Part shown: piece after piece, positions 18,348 to 29,086 of the stretch
How the letters are laid out: every line of letters starts with the position of its first letter
How positions within the stretch are numbered: position 1 is the stretch's first letter
The notes under the pieces: model-generated
What the model saw: only the letters and a program-made list of their open reading frames with translations
Told to the model about the DNA's origin: nothing
Database searches by the model: none
NCBI GenBank assembly: GCA_965198235.1
Contig: OZ240248.1
Coordinates: forward strand, 3,232,001-3,296,000
From: Candidatus Poribacteria bacterium
GTDB taxonomy: Bacteria; Poribacteria; WGA-4E; WGA-3G
DNA: 64,000 nt
Reading direction: 5' to 3'
Program-made: the position numbers and the translations under genes

Positions 18348-19982
18348 TTAGAAAGCGGTTTTTCGGAGCGGTTCGGACATCAACCAGCTGATTACGTTGA
18401 CGATATCGTCCTGCCGTTCCTGTAGCATCACTTCGATGAGTGCAGGTTTTTCTGCCGCGAGTGCGTCCCGCAAAGTATCCTTGAAATCTCCCAAATCCTC
18501 GACCCGCTTGGCATACGCACCGAATGATTTTGCGAATTCAACAAAATTCGGATTAAGCAGGTCTGTGTCGATTGTGCGTCCCTCACACCCCTGCTGTTGA
18601 GACCCTTTAATCGCTGACAATGCCCCGTCATTCACCACGATTGCCACGACGTTGATACCGTATTTCATAGCGGTCGCCATTTCCACAGCTCCCATCAGAA
18701 ATCCGCCGTCGCCGCTGAAGCAGATAACAGGTCGATCGGGATGAGCGACCTTCGCGCCGATCGCCGCAGGATACGCATGTCCTAATGCTACACCGATATT
18801 CGGATAGAGGAACGTCCTCGGATCGTAGATAGGAAATTCAGCGAAGGAGGCATAGCCGAGGGCATGGACATCAATCGCGTAGATGGTGTCTCGTGGGAGT
18901 ACATCTTGTAGTTCGTGAATGACCGGCAACGGAGGCTGTGCATCGAATTGTGTTCGGAGTTGCGCCAGGGTCTCGTTCCACCCGTTTTCACCCGGCGCAA
19001 CGTCCTCAATAAGTGCCTGCAGCGTCAGTTTCAAATCCCCGACGACACCTATGTCGCACGGATATTCAAGCCCGATTTCGCCCGCGTCTTCATCAATTTG
19101 GATGAAGGGTTGGGGTAGTTCCAGACTCCAATTTCGGGTATCGATAGAGGTAAAACGCGGTCCGATACCGATTAAACAATCAGCACGTTGGAGTGCCTCG
19201 CGTCCGAGATAACCGTAGCAAATTTGGAGTGCCAACGGATGGTCCTCCGACAAAACGCCTTTTGCATTACGGGTGACGATGACAGGTGCATTCAGCTTCT
19301 CGGCGAGGAGACGTAACTCGTTTCGGGCATTTGAATGAAAGACAGCGGAACCGGCGAAAATCAGGGGCATCTTGGCGTTGCGAATCGTTTCGACTGCGGT
19401 ACTCAGAGATGTATCGTCAGGTGGAGATAATTCGGCACGCTCGACACGCGACGGAATCCGGACATCTCCTTCTCCAGTGACAACATCCATCGGGAATTCC
19501 AGCACAGTAGGTCCCGGTCTCCCGTTGCGCATCGCTTTAAAGGCGTTTTCAACGACGACGGGAATCTCAGCGACAGTGTGTGCGATGGCGCAGTACTTCG
19601 TAAGCGACTCGAAAAACCGCATCTGATCCAAACCGTGGAACATTTTGCTTGGATGTTTGCTGTAGAGGCTGGAATCGCTCTGTCCCGTAATCAGCAGAAC
19701 CGGTGCGCAATCGGTGAACGCCTCTAAAATTCCGGTTGACGCGTTGCTGGCACCCGGTCCCGGCACAGTGATAGCGACACCGACTTCCCCTGTTGCGCGA
19801 GCGAAACCGTCTGCCATCTGCGTCGCTGCATATTCATGCCGGACAAGGTAGTGATCGATTGTGCCTTTACCGCGTCGCAGCAGCGCATCGTAGATTTGGA
19901 TGTTTTGGGTGCCGGGCATCCCGAAAACCGCCGAAACTCCCTGTGCTTTCAAGCATTCAATGATTATATCTCCGCCTTTCAC
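18348..19982 (-). CDS. thiamine pyrophosphate-binding enzyme (acetolactate synthase-like)
   Basis: VFGMPG, RHEYAA..MADGFARATG, GPGASN, GDGGFLM...VVND. Confidence 0.9.
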   Translation of the reverse strand: MKGGDIIIECLKAQGVSAVFGMPGTQNIQIYDALLRRGKGTIDHYLVRHEYAATQMADGFARATGEVGVAITVPGPGASNASTGILEAFTDCAPVLLITGQSDSSLYSKHPSKMFHGLDQMRFFESLTKYCAIAHTVAEIPVVVENAFKAMRNGRPGPTVLEFPMDVVTGEGDVRIPSRVERAELSPPDDTSLSTAVETIRNAKMPLIFAGSAVFHSNARNELRLLAEKLNAPVIVTRNAKGVLSEDHPLALQICYGYLGREALQRADCLIGIGPRFTSIDTRNWSLELPQPFIQIDEDAGEIGLEYPCDIGVVGDLKLTLQALIEDVAPGENGWNETLAQLRTQFDAQPPLPVIHELQDVLPRDTIYAIDVHALGYASFAEFPIYDPRTFLYPNIGVALGHAYPAAIGAKVAHPDRPVICFSGDGGFLMGAVEMATAMKYGINVVAIVVNDGALSAIKGSQQQGCEGRTIDTDLLNPNFVEFAKSFGAYAKRVEDLGDFKDTLRDALAAEKPALIEVMLQERQDDIVNVISWLMSEPLRKTAF

Positions 19983-20236
19983 GTATTAGTCTCCTTTGTG
20001 TTCTCTGAGGAAATTTTCTAACCACGCATCGGGATCATACCCCAGTCGGCGTAATAGTTGGCAACCGACACGTTTTAGAAAATTTGGGATAAGATTAAAG
20101 AGTTTAAGTCGCCAATTCATAATTGCTAAAATATACGAAAGTTTGAACAATTCGTGTTGTGTGCAAGTCACATTTTCAAGGGGTTATGTATTTTTCTGCG
20201 AGTTTCTTATGCGGATGGAAATCGTAGAAAAATACT

Positions 20237-20386
20237 GCACTCCAGCGGAGTGCTATGTCTATAGAAAACCAATGCCCAAGAGCCCGCACTCCAGCGGAGT
20301 GCTATGTGTAATGCCCCACATACCGCTCCGCTGGAGCGGAAGTCTCGGTACATTTTGCTGCTATAGACATGTTGCTCCGCTGGAGC
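20237..20386. repeat. cluster of four GC(A)CTCCAGCGGAG(T)GC palindromic repeats (two direct, two inverted)
   Basis: Copies at 20237 and 20286; reverse copies at about 20325 and 20361-20386. Confidence 0.8.
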
Positions 20387-20497
20387 AAAGAGGTTTTCTG
20401 TAGCGTGTTGGGTCCTAAGTTTGTTGCCTTGAACATATCTGATGAATCCATTTCTTGTATTGAACTCACCTTAGAAAAAAATTGCCCAAACTTTAGC

Positions 20498-20716
20498 AGG
20501 ACTTACGCAAATTGCCTGGAAAAGCAATATATTTCGTCAAAAAAGTTGTTATTTCAGTGATTTAACCCCCTAAAGAATCAGAATCAACGGTATGAAGCCC
20601 ATATGGGCTTCCCCGGGTATGAATGCGAATCAACGGTATGAATGCCGTATGGCATTCCCCGTATGGCATTCCCCGCCCCTTATCAGGGGGACTTTAAGAG
20701 GAAGTGCGTAAGTCCT
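20498..20716. mobile_element. MITE with perfect 12-bp TIRs
   Basis: AGGACTTACGCA ... TGCGTAAGTCCT; interior has repeated GAATCAACGGTATGAA and GTATGGCATTCCCC units; no transposase. Confidence 0.7.
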
Positions 20717-20748
20717 ATTTAATAAAATATCAGGATTACAAATCCCTC

Positions 20749-21876
20749 CTACAAAAAAGCCTTGCCTGTGGTTTTATCGAAAAAGTGCATCCGTTCTGGA
20801 ACAAATGTGACGTAAAGGTGCTGTCCAATTTCCGCTTCAAAGTTGGGGGCTGTGCATGCTTTAAGAATCGTATGCGTGCCGGATGTATCCGTTCCGAGGG
20901 TCAGTTCGACGATTGTTTCTGCACCGAGGGGTTCACTGCTATAGACTTCAGCCTGAAAAGCATTGGGTATCGACTGATGACTGACAATAACATCCTCAGC
21001 GTGCGTGCCGAGGATAAAATCTTTGTCTGGATCGTTGTCGTTTACAGTTTTAGCGATCTTGGAGTCCTGAATTGCGACTGAATTGTCTCCGCTGAGATTG
21101 CTCGCTAATGTCAGATGGAGTTCCCCGTTAGTGCTGGAGATGTCGCACGGGATGCAATTCATACTCGGATTACCAATGAAACCAGCGACGAATAGGTTAA
21201 CGGGGTGATTATAGATGTCAGCGGGGGTTCCCATTTGCTGGATTCTGCCTGCTTCGAGGACAGCGATCCTGTCTGCCATTGACATCGCTTCGATCTGGTC
21301 ATGTGTCACATAGAAGGTGGTTGTACCGAGTTCACGTTGCCGCCAACGGATTTCCGCACGCATCTCGGCCCGAAGTTTCGCATCGAGATTGGAGATCGGT
21401 TCGTCCATAAGGAATACTTGGGGACGACGGACCATTGCGCGTCCGAGTCCGACGCGCTGCGTCTCACCGCCGCTCAACTGGTTCGGTGTCCGCATAAGCA
21501 GATGCTCGATGTGAAGCATCTGTGCAATATCTCTGACACGTCGGTCAATCTCCTCAGCGGAGAGTTTTCTTGGATGCAGGGGGAACGCCATGTTCTCGTA
21601 AACGCTTAGATGTGGATAGAGGATATGCGACTGGAAGACAAAAGCCACATCGCGTTCGGCGGGAGTCTTGTCGTTAACACTAACATCGTCCAGATAGATA
21701 GTGCCTTCTTCGGGTTTATCCAATCCAGCGATACAACGAAGCGTGGTCGTTTTTCCCGCACCTGTCTGACCGAGAAGCACAAAGAATTCCTCGTCTTGGA
21801 TATCGAGGTTGATGTCGTTGAGTGCGATGAGATCGCCAAACCGTTTTGTAATGTTTTCGAGTCGGACTGTTGCCAT
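20749..21876 (-). CDS. ABC transporter ATP-binding protein (MalK/UgpC-like)
   Basis: GQTGAGKTT, LSGGETQR, FLMDEPISNLD, YVTHDQ, C-terminal TOBE-like region. Confidence 0.92.
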   Translation of the reverse strand: MATVRLENITKRFGDLIALNDINLDIQDEEFFVLLGQTGAGKTTTLRCIAGLDKPEEGTIYLDDVSVNDKTPAERDVAFVFQSHILYPHLSVYENMAFPLHPRKLSAEEIDRRVRDIAQMLHIEHLLMRTPNQLSGGETQRVGLGRAMVRRPQVFLMDEPISNLDAKLRAEMRAEIRWRQRELGTTTFYVTHDQIEAMSMADRIAVLEAGRIQQMGTPADIYNHPVNLFVAGFIGNPSMNCIPCDISSTNGELHLTLASNLSGDNSVAIQDSKIAKTVNDNDPDKDFILGTHAEDVIVSHQSIPNAFQAEVYSSEPLGAETIVELTLGTDTSGTHTILKACTAPNFEAEIGQHLYVTFVPERMHFFDKTTGKAFL

Positions 21877-22247
21877 AGGTAATTCTACGATTCTGTGTTG
21901 TGAGTATTGCGATAGTATAGCACAAATCGCGTTCAGGGGTCAACAAGAATTGGTTATCGGCTATCAGCGGTCCATCGTCTGAATCAGGATTTGCAGGTTT
22001 CTTCGATCTTTGCAGGATTAGAGACGCTATGATTCGTCTGAATCGCGGAGTGTCTCGGATGCCGCGGATTTCGCGGATTTGTCTTGAGTCGTGTAATGTC
22101 TTTAGCACCGTAGGTGCGGCATTTCTGTAGAAAGACGCATACCAAAAAAGCCAGGTTTCCCCAGCGGGGCGAAATATATGTGGCTTTCTCCCAAGCAAAA
22201 ACACTCGCTCCTACAAGGGACTTCCATCCTTCCACTCCCGCTTCCCC

Positions 22248-24083
22248 TCACTTCATCCGTTTGATGTCTGCCCAGGTCGTCGTCAACCGATTTTTTGGGG
22301 TGACCGGCTTCCCATCGACAAGCCCCATCAACGCCTCGGAAACAACATCCGCCAACGGCAAACCATCCCCAAGAATCTCCGAATTCTCCTGAGACCGATA
22401 GAAACCGAGGATCGTTCCGTTCTTCTCATCCAATAGCACGGAGCCTTCCGAGACGCTATTCGCAGGTCCACACGTATGCTGATAGAGGTCAACCGCTCCT
22501 AACCCCGCATGCGGCACGGAGACACACCTCCGCACCCGAAGCGGAAGATTCAACGCATTATCCCGGTCTTCTCCTTTCAGCATAATATCTAATCCAAACT
22601 TATACGTCAACAACTCCACATCCGTCTCCCTTAGATTTGAATACGACGACAACGCAAGCGGCGCATATCCCGAAAAGTCTACATCTCGGATCGCCAAAAG
22701 CACACTCCCTGTCTGTCCGTTCGTGCCCGCAAAGGACGCGACCTCCCTAACGTTGACAGCCTCGGCAACCAATCCGTCATAACCTATTAGAGAGATGTCA
22801 TCTCCGTCGAGGAACTTCTCTATGCCATCTTCTGCTTGTTGCTGTGCGACGAACAACGCATCGCCACCCAGCACCGTGCCGAGATACCCAACGTGGAAAA
22901 GCCGCGGGGTGTCGGAACCCGGCAGAAGCAGATAAAACACAGAGCGATAATTCGCAATCGAGGTGGCATCTATTTTTCTCCAAACGTCTTCACGCGGTGC
23001 CTGCGTCAGCAGCAATTCTACGATATCCTTGTGTTTCTGTGTCGATGCTTCCTTTAGGGGTGCGTTGCCACCCACACCCCTGATATTCACATCAACCGAT
23101 TTGTGCTTCAGAAGCCGTTCAGTGAGTTTGTAATATCCACGCTTCGCCGCCCAGAACAACGCCGTCGAACCGTGCGCGTCCCGAGCGGTGACATCCGTCT
23201 TCTCGTCCTCATCAATTACTGTAGTGGCAAGCCATTCGTTTCCATGTTTGATTTCAAAAATAAGCGGAGACTTAGGCCGACACCCATCAGGAGATGTCTC
23301 CAACTCATAATCAGGGAAGATACAATCCTCTAATGGGAGATTTTCGTGATAGAATTTGTAGAGCCAGACGATACCGTTGGCATCGTCCTCAGTTACCCGT
23401 GTGGGGACAGGGTGTATAACGCCGAGACCCGACATAACCGAAGCGGGTTGATGACCGATCGTCCTCGCCAAGCCACCCCTGCTCACTCTGAGTTCTTCCG
23501 CCTCTCGCCTCAGTATTATATACGTGTCCAGCAAACCGAAGGAGTGACCGAGCTCATGTAGGAGTTCGCCTGCAAAGCGAAGAGTTACTTCCGTGCCTTT
23601 GCGCATTTTGATTAATGGTGGGATATCTTCATCTGCTTGTGTCAATGCAGATGATTTTTCAAAGTTACAGAAGAAATGGATTATCAGATCATATAACTTG
23701 AGATCAGCATCATCTTTGATGACAAGGTTCGGCACAAAACGGAAATCATCGACGACGGGTTTGCCGGTGTTCAAGTCCTTGACGGGTTGCAACCACGCCC
23801 GCAACGCCGTCTTGATGGTCTCCTCTATCGCCGCACCGTTGTTTCTCGCCTCCGGCGGACAGACACCCGCAGGTTCACCCCATTCAGGACCGGCGTATGC
23901 ATAGCCAATCACCCACTGATCCTTATGCACCCGACGGATCAGGCTGTTCACCTTTCTTTTAAGATGTCCTGGAATCCGATGGTCCCCTGCAATAAAACCG
24001 TCTGCAACAGGGAGCAGGTTCACCGATAGCCATACCATCACGATAAGCGTCAAGAAAAGGCGTGTTGTTTTCAGAAGTCGCAT
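22248..24083 (-). CDS. secreted metzincin-like zinc protease with ankyrin repeats and C-terminal TW motif
   Basis: Signal peptide; HELGHSFGLLD plus SVMS Met-turn; ankyrin GSTALFWAAKRG and GNAPLKEAS; ends RLTTTWADIKRMK. Confidence 0.75.
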   Translation of the reverse strand: MRLLKTTRLFLTLIVMVWLSVNLLPVADGFIAGDHRIPGHLKRKVNSLIRRVHKDQWVIGYAYAGPEWGEPAGVCPPEARNNGAAIEETIKTALRAWLQPVKDLNTGKPVVDDFRFVPNLVIKDDADLKLYDLIIHFFCNFEKSSALTQADEDIPPLIKMRKGTEVTLRFAGELLHELGHSFGLLDTYIILRREAEELRVSRGGLARTIGHQPASVMSGLGVIHPVPTRVTEDDANGIVWLYKFYHENLPLEDCIFPDYELETSPDGCRPKSPLIFEIKHGNEWLATTVIDEDEKTDVTARDAHGSTALFWAAKRGYYKLTERLLKHKSVDVNIRGVGGNAPLKEASTQKHKDIVELLLTQAPREDVWRKIDATSIANYRSVFYLLLPGSDTPRLFHVGYLGTVLGGDALFVAQQQAEDGIEKFLDGDDISLIGYDGLVAEAVNVREVASFAGTNGQTGSVLLAIRDVDFSGYAPLALSSYSNLRETDVELLTYKFGLDIMLKGEDRDNALNLPLRVRRCVSVPHAGLGAVDLYQHTCGPANSVSEGSVLLDEKNGTILGFYRSQENSEILGDGLPLADVVSEALMGLVDGKPVTPKNRLTTTWADIKRMK

Positions 24084-24231
24084 CTGTTGTTTTCCCCTAC
24101 GGGTAATTATCGTGAATTATCAAAATATGTAAATATATTGTAGGGGCAACCCTTGTGGCTGCCCTCCTTGTGGCTGTGCGTAAAGTTTATAGGTGGGAAT
24201 AATAACAGATTTAAACAAAAAGTCAAGGGAA

Positions 24232-24314
24232 TAGCGGTCAGCAATCAGCGGTCAGCAGTCAGAAGAATGGCAGTCAGCAATCAGCCATCAGCAAGAATAG
24301 CAATCAGCAGTCAG
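24232..24314 (+). repeat. degenerate heptamer tandem array (AGCNRTC)n
   Basis: agcggtc agcaatc agcggtc agcagtc ... agcaatc agccatc ... agcaatc agcagtc. Confidence 0.75.
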
Positions 24315-24315
24315 A

Positions 24316-24404
24316 AGTCGGGATTCGGAGATCCCTCCTACGGAAGATAGCGGGCAGGCGTCGGGATTTGGGGTGTTTTTGCTTGGGTATTTCCCCCCTC
24401 CTAC
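24316..24404 (-). repeat. two GTAG-type REP-like repeats
   Basis: AGTCGGGATTCGGAGATCCCTCCTAC and GTCGGGATTTGGGG...CCCTCCTAC. Confidence 0.7.
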
Positions 24405-24501
24405 AGAAAAAATGTATGCAATTCGGCGGCGTATAGGGTATAATTAACAAAAAGTTTCCAAGTTTACGCTATTGCAGGCACAGCAAAGGTTGGAGAAAAA
24501 G

Positions 24502-26301
24502 ATGCTGGATCGCCCAGAGGCAGAACAGAGCACACATAGAAGTCCGTCTTTATTGGACAAAATTAGACGACAATACGATTTAACCCCATCAATCACACTG
24601 ATTTTCGGGTTGACGGTCCTCTTCTTTCTTGTCTTTCTCATCTATCCACTCCTCTATGTTTTCAAGGAAGCCTTCTGGATTGAAAGCAAATTCAATCTCA
24701 CATATTTCAAGTTGATAGTAACCGATCCAAATATCCGGGAACTCGTTATCAATAGTTTCAAGATCGGTGTAATGGTGACGCTGGTGACGAGCATCATCAG
24801 CCTGCCACTGGCGTATTTTTTGACCCGATACCGGTATCCAGGGCGCGACATGCTACGTGCTGTCATCCTGATTCCGATGATTATGCCACCCTTCGTCGGC
24901 GCGATTGGCATGAAACAGTTTTTCGGGTTATACGGTAGCGTCAATATGCTTCTCGAGAAACTGAACCTGATGGATCTCACGGAACCTATTGACTGGTTCG
25001 GCGGTGGATTCTGGGGTGTGGTGATGTTATCAACATTGCACTTATATCCGATCATGTATCTTAACATCGTCGCTGCACTCGCAAATGTCGATCCGAGTTT
25101 AGAGGAAGCCGCGGAGAATATGGGGGCATCACGGTTCCAAGTCTTCCGTCAGATAACATTGCCGTTGATGATGCCCGGTTATTTCGCCGGTGCGATTCTC
25201 GTCTTTATCTGGGCGTTTACGGATCTCGGTACACCCCTGATTTTTGAATACCGTAACGTCGTTTCGGTGCGGATCTTCAACCAAGTGACTGAGGCGAACA
25301 CCAATCCGATGGGTTACGCCCTTGTTGTGCTAATTGTTGTGCTAACGGCACTGGCTTTCTATGTTTCCAAACGGTGGACAGGGAGTAAACACTATGAGAT
25401 GCTCGGCAGGGGACACGTGACTTCGCGTGAAACGGATACAAACTGGGGCATGCGGGGTGTCATCTACCTCTTTATCGGCGGGTTGACCCTTACGGCGTTG
25501 TTGCCACACATTAGTGTCATCCTTGTCTCCTTGACACCGGATGCAAGTCAATGGCGATTGAGTGTACTACCGCAATCATGGACCTTCGCACATTATGTTG
25601 AGACTTTCACGCATTCCGATACACTACCGAGTATCCTCAACAGTTTGAAATACAGCGTTTTCAGCACGTTGTTGGCACTTGTTGTGGGGATTGTGGTGTC
25701 GTATTTGTTGACACGTAAACGTCTCCCGTTTCAAAATCTATTGGATGCCGTTGCAATGTTACCCTTAGCGTTACCGGGGGTGGCGATTGCGTTTGGGTAT
25801 CTCGGTAGTTTCGCGGATACGACGCTTCTCCTGCGGTATTTCCCGGATGGGTTCGTTTCTGTTATAGATCCGAGACAGAATCCGACGTTCCTTCTGATTA
25901 TCAGTTATGCGGTGCGGCGATTACCGTATATGTTGCGTTCCATTTATGCTGGACTCCAACAGACAAGTGTGACGTACGAAGAAGCGTCGCAAAACGTGGG
26001 AGCGACACCGATTCGGACTTTGTATAAAATCACCTTACCTTTAGTCATCGCGAATATCCTTGCCGGTGCGATTCTCGTGTTCTCGTTCTCTATGCTTGAA
26101 GTCAGTGATAGTTTAATCTTGGCAATGAAAGATCAGCACTATCCGATTACAAAAGCGATTTGGTCACTCTCCCAGCGTCCAGACCACGGTCCATATACGG
26201 CAAGCGCATTGGGTGTGGTCGGTATGTTAATCCTGATAGCGTGTCTACTTGGCGCAGGGCGTGTGCTTGGTGGGAAGTTGGGCGAAATTTTCCGAATTTA
26301 G
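24502..26301 (+). CDS. iron(III)/FbpB-type ABC transporter permease
   Basis: PMIMPPFVGA, LEEAAENMGA, PLALPG, YEEASQNVGA; duplicated halves. Confidence 0.85.
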   Translation: MLDRPEAEQSTHRSPSLLDKIRRQYDLTPSITLIFGLTVLFFLVFLIYPLLYVFKEAFWIESKFNLTYFKLIVTDPNIRELVINSFKIGVMVTLVTSIISLPLAYFLTRYRYPGRDMLRAVILIPMIMPPFVGAIGMKQFFGLYGSVNMLLEKLNLMDLTEPIDWFGGGFWGVVMLSTLHLYPIMYLNIVAALANVDPSLEEAAENMGASRFQVFRQITLPLMMPGYFAGAILVFIWAFTDLGTPLIFEYRNVVSVRIFNQVTEANTNPMGYALVVLIVVLTALAFYVSKRWTGSKHYEMLGRGHVTSRETDTNWGMRGVIYLFIGGLTLTALLPHISVILVSLTPDASQWRLSVLPQSWTFAHYVETFTHSDTLPSILNSLKYSVFSTLLALVVGIVVSYLLTRKRLPFQNLLDAVAMLPLALPGVAIAFGYLGSFADTTLLLRYFPDGFVSVIDPRQNPTFLLIISYAVRRLPYMLRSIYAGLQQTSVTYEEASQNVGATPIRTLYKITLPLVIANILAGAILVFSFSMLEVSDSLILAMKDQHYPITKAIWSLSQRPDHGPYTASALGVVGMLILIACLLGAGRVLGGKLGEIFRI

Positions 26302-26371
26302 GAGCAAATCGCTTCGGTTTCGGTCCGGGAATGGACTAAAAACTTTTACACTCGGAAAGAGAAGAAATATT

Positions 26372-26959
26372 ATGGACATTTTGCATAGCATTCGCGATGC
26401 GTTGTTAGAAGCGCAAAACGTGCTTGATCGGTTTATCCGAAACCCTGAGAATATCGCGACCATCGCGGAAACCGCAGAGTTGATACGAGATGTATTTGAA
26501 CGGGAAGGTCGGGTCTTTACCTGTGGGAATGGTGGAAGTTTGTGCGATGCGATCCATTTTGCTGAGGAGTGCACAGGTAAGTTTCGGGGTGATCGACAGC
26601 CGCTTCCAGCAATCGCGCTCGGGGATGCGGGTCACATCACCTGCACGGCGAACGATTTCGGATTCTCGGAGATCTTCGCGCGTCCGCTGTTGGCACTCGG
26701 ACACCCTGGAGACCTGCTTGTTGTACTCTCAACCAGCGGAAATTCTGAAAATGTCGTCCGTGCGGCAGTGGCAGCGAAATCTCGTGGGATGAGAGTGTTC
26801 GGGTTGTTGGGTAGAGATGGTGGTAGTCTTAAGCAACATTGTGATATTTATCTTATTGCTCCCGGAGACACCGCAGATCGCATTCAGGAAATCCACATTA
26901 AAGTCCTCCACATTCTCATCGAACAGGTCGAACGGTTAATGTTCCCGAAGAATTATTGA
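26372..26959 (+). CDS. gmhA: D-sedoheptulose 7-phosphate isomerase
   Basis: CGNGGSLCDAIHFAEE, ANDFG, STSGNSENV, DRIQEIH. Confidence 0.92.
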   Translation: MDILHSIRDALLEAQNVLDRFIRNPENIATIAETAELIRDVFEREGRVFTCGNGGSLCDAIHFAEECTGKFRGDRQPLPAIALGDAGHITCTANDFGFSEIFARPLLALGHPGDLLVVLSTSGNSENVVRAAVAAKSRGMRVFGLLGRDGGSLKQHCDIYLIAPGDTADRIQEIHIKVLHILIEQVERLMFPKNY

Positions 26960-27057
26960 GAAGGTCCCTTCAGTTTGCCGGTCTACCTGACTTAGGTTAT
27001 TGAATGTCCTAGTTCAAACCCAAATTAACTTGACCCAAGTCGTAAAGATATGATATT

Positions 27058-28719
27058 GTGTCCGGACCGTATGAGGATTTTAATGACGAGGATGAAAGAA
27101 TGAGAAGTTTTGGAACCCAAGGCAGTGTGCGTCCTGAGCGGCACTATGTTGTCCCGCGCACCGAGGAGATCTCAGATTTCGTCAGTCGCGTCAAAGATGG
27201 CAAGTATATCGTCCTTTTTGCACCGCGCCAAACCGGCAAAACCACCTTCTTCCGATTGGCACTTAACGCACTCACCGCTGAAGATCCAACCTATTTTCCC
27301 ATTCAATTGGATTTCCAAACGATGCGCAATGCCACGCCTCCCACTTTTTACGAGCATCTTTACTACCTAATTTGCATGCAAATTCAGAGTGTTTTCCAAG
27401 GACGTGGCAGCGTGCCTTCTGAGGCGTTAACGCAATTTCTGGCGAACACAACGCTAACCGATCATCTTTCGATGATAAGGTTCTTGGAATACCTTGGAAG
27501 TTTGCTGGACAGCGACTCCCACAAGCAGGTGCCTGCTTTCAAGAGGGTTATACTCCTCATTGACGAATTTGATGGTATCCCACAAACCGTCGTTAGCGAT
27601 TTTCTGTATTCACTCCGCCAGATTTACCTCTCTGATGAGATGCAATGTCCTCACAGTGTAGGCATCGTGGGAGTCAAGAGTATCGCGCAGCTTGACTACG
27701 ACCGGTCTGTCTCGCCGTTCAATATACAGGATGAATTCCGCTTGCCGAACTTCACCCTTGAACAGGTGCGCGAGCTGCTTTCGCAGTATACCGATGAAGT
27801 CGGCCAAGCCTTCGCGCCAGAAGTCGTCGTTTCTATTCATAAACAGACTGCCGGTCAGCCGGTACTCGTCAATAGGCTCGCGCAAATTCTCACCGAGGAA
27901 TTGGACATTCCGAAAATCGACACGATTACGATGGACCACTTTTCAAAAGCTTATACGCAACTCCTTCGCGGACGGAACACCAACATTGAGCATCTCACAA
28001 CCAATATCCGCAGGGATAGGCGCTTTGAAAAAATCCTGATGAACATCATGTCTTATGAGGAAGGGGTGGATTTCAACTTGCGTGATGCGCTCATTGATGA
28101 ACTCGCTACTTACGGGGTCATCTCCGAAGCGGCTGATGGCATGTGTGAGATTGCCAACCCAATTTATCTGTATTCCATCTTGCAGACGTTTAAGCCGACA
28201 GTGAACGGATTAGAACAGGAGTACTTCCCTGAAAACACCGGCGAGGGATTTCTGGATTACCTCACCCCCACGGGACAGATAGACATGGAACGGCTGCTCA
28301 ATAACTTCCAGGACTTCATTGCCCGGGCAGGTTTCAAGATCCTTGAGGTTCCAGATACGCCGCGAGAGTCCGTAGGGCGGCATCTCCTTCTCACCTATCT
28401 AGATCAGTTTGTTAAACTGGTGGGCGGTGTTATGCACATTGAAGTACAAACCGGACGCGGCAGAATGGATCTCCTCATTACACATAAAGGGTGCAAATAC
28501 ATCGTTGAAACAAAGATTTGGCGAGGTGAAATCCGCTATCAGGTGGGCAAAAAGCAGCTTACCGCATATCTCAAATTGGAGGGTGCCAGGCAGGGATACT
28601 ACGTCGTTTTCGATCATCGAAGAAATCCAGAACCACGAGTAGAGACAGAAAAATTAGACGGGGTAGTACTTCAGAGTTACGTGATTCCTGTAATACAAGA
28701 ACCGCCTTCGGCAGAATAA
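27058..28719 (+). CDS. AAA-like ATPase with C-terminal PD-(D/E)XK nuclease-like domain
   Basis: APRQTGKTT, LLIDEFD, SPFNI, GRGRMDL...IVETK; start may be 27100. Confidence 0.8.
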   Translation: MSGPYEDFNDEDERMRSFGTQGSVRPERHYVVPRTEEISDFVSRVKDGKYIVLFAPRQTGKTTFFRLALNALTAEDPTYFPIQLDFQTMRNATPPTFYEHLYYLICMQIQSVFQGRGSVPSEALTQFLANTTLTDHLSMIRFLEYLGSLLDSDSHKQVPAFKRVILLIDEFDGIPQTVVSDFLYSLRQIYLSDEMQCPHSVGIVGVKSIAQLDYDRSVSPFNIQDEFRLPNFTLEQVRELLSQYTDEVGQAFAPEVVVSIHKQTAGQPVLVNRLAQILTEELDIPKIDTITMDHFSKAYTQLLRGRNTNIEHLTTNIRRDRRFEKILMNIMSYEEGVDFNLRDALIDELATYGVISEAADGMCEIANPIYLYSILQTFKPTVNGLEQEYFPENTGEGFLDYLTPTGQIDMERLLNNFQDFIARAGFKILEVPDTPRESVGRHLLLTYLDQFVKLVGGVMHIEVQTGRGRMDLLITHKGCKYIVETKIWRGEIRYQVGKKQLTAYLKLEGARQGYYVVFDHRRNPEPRVETEKLDGVVLQSYVIPVIQEPPSAE

Positions 28720-28808
28720 AAGGACGAATATGGGAACCCTCACTCGCAAAATACGAAACAACTTGTAGAAGTAATCTGTGATTGAAATCCCCTAAGGAGG
28801 GGCAATTT

Positions 28809-29084
28809 ATGGAGTCATCATCGAAAAATAAGGCGTATTGGCGGAAAAATTTGCAATATCTTGCTATTTTACTCGGAATTTGGTTTGTTACTTCGTATTT
28901 ATGCTCAATTGTATTTGTAGATCAGCTGGATAAAATCCAAATCAGGGGCTATCGTCTCGGTTTTTATTTTGCGCAACAGGCTTCAATCTGGGTTTTCGTT
29001 GAACTTATTTTTATCTATGCATGGTTGATGAACCGTTTGGAGAAAAAATATGCAACTCGCGAAGAAGCGGAGGATCCACAATAA
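28809..29084 (+). CDS. DUF4212/DUF485 small membrane partner of solute:sodium symporter
   Basis: AYWRKNL, GFYFAQQ; directly upstream of the SSS gene. Confidence 0.85.
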   Translation: MESSSKNKAYWRKNLQYLAILLGIWFVTSYLCSIVFVDQLDKIQIRGYRLGFYFAQQASIWVFVELIFIYAWLMNRLEKKYATREEAEDPQ

Positions 29085-29086
29085 AC

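Noticed and set aside
19996-20403. 135-aa ORF in the intergenic region
   Set aside because: Largely translation of palindromic repeats (TPAECYVY also appears at 13746-13931)
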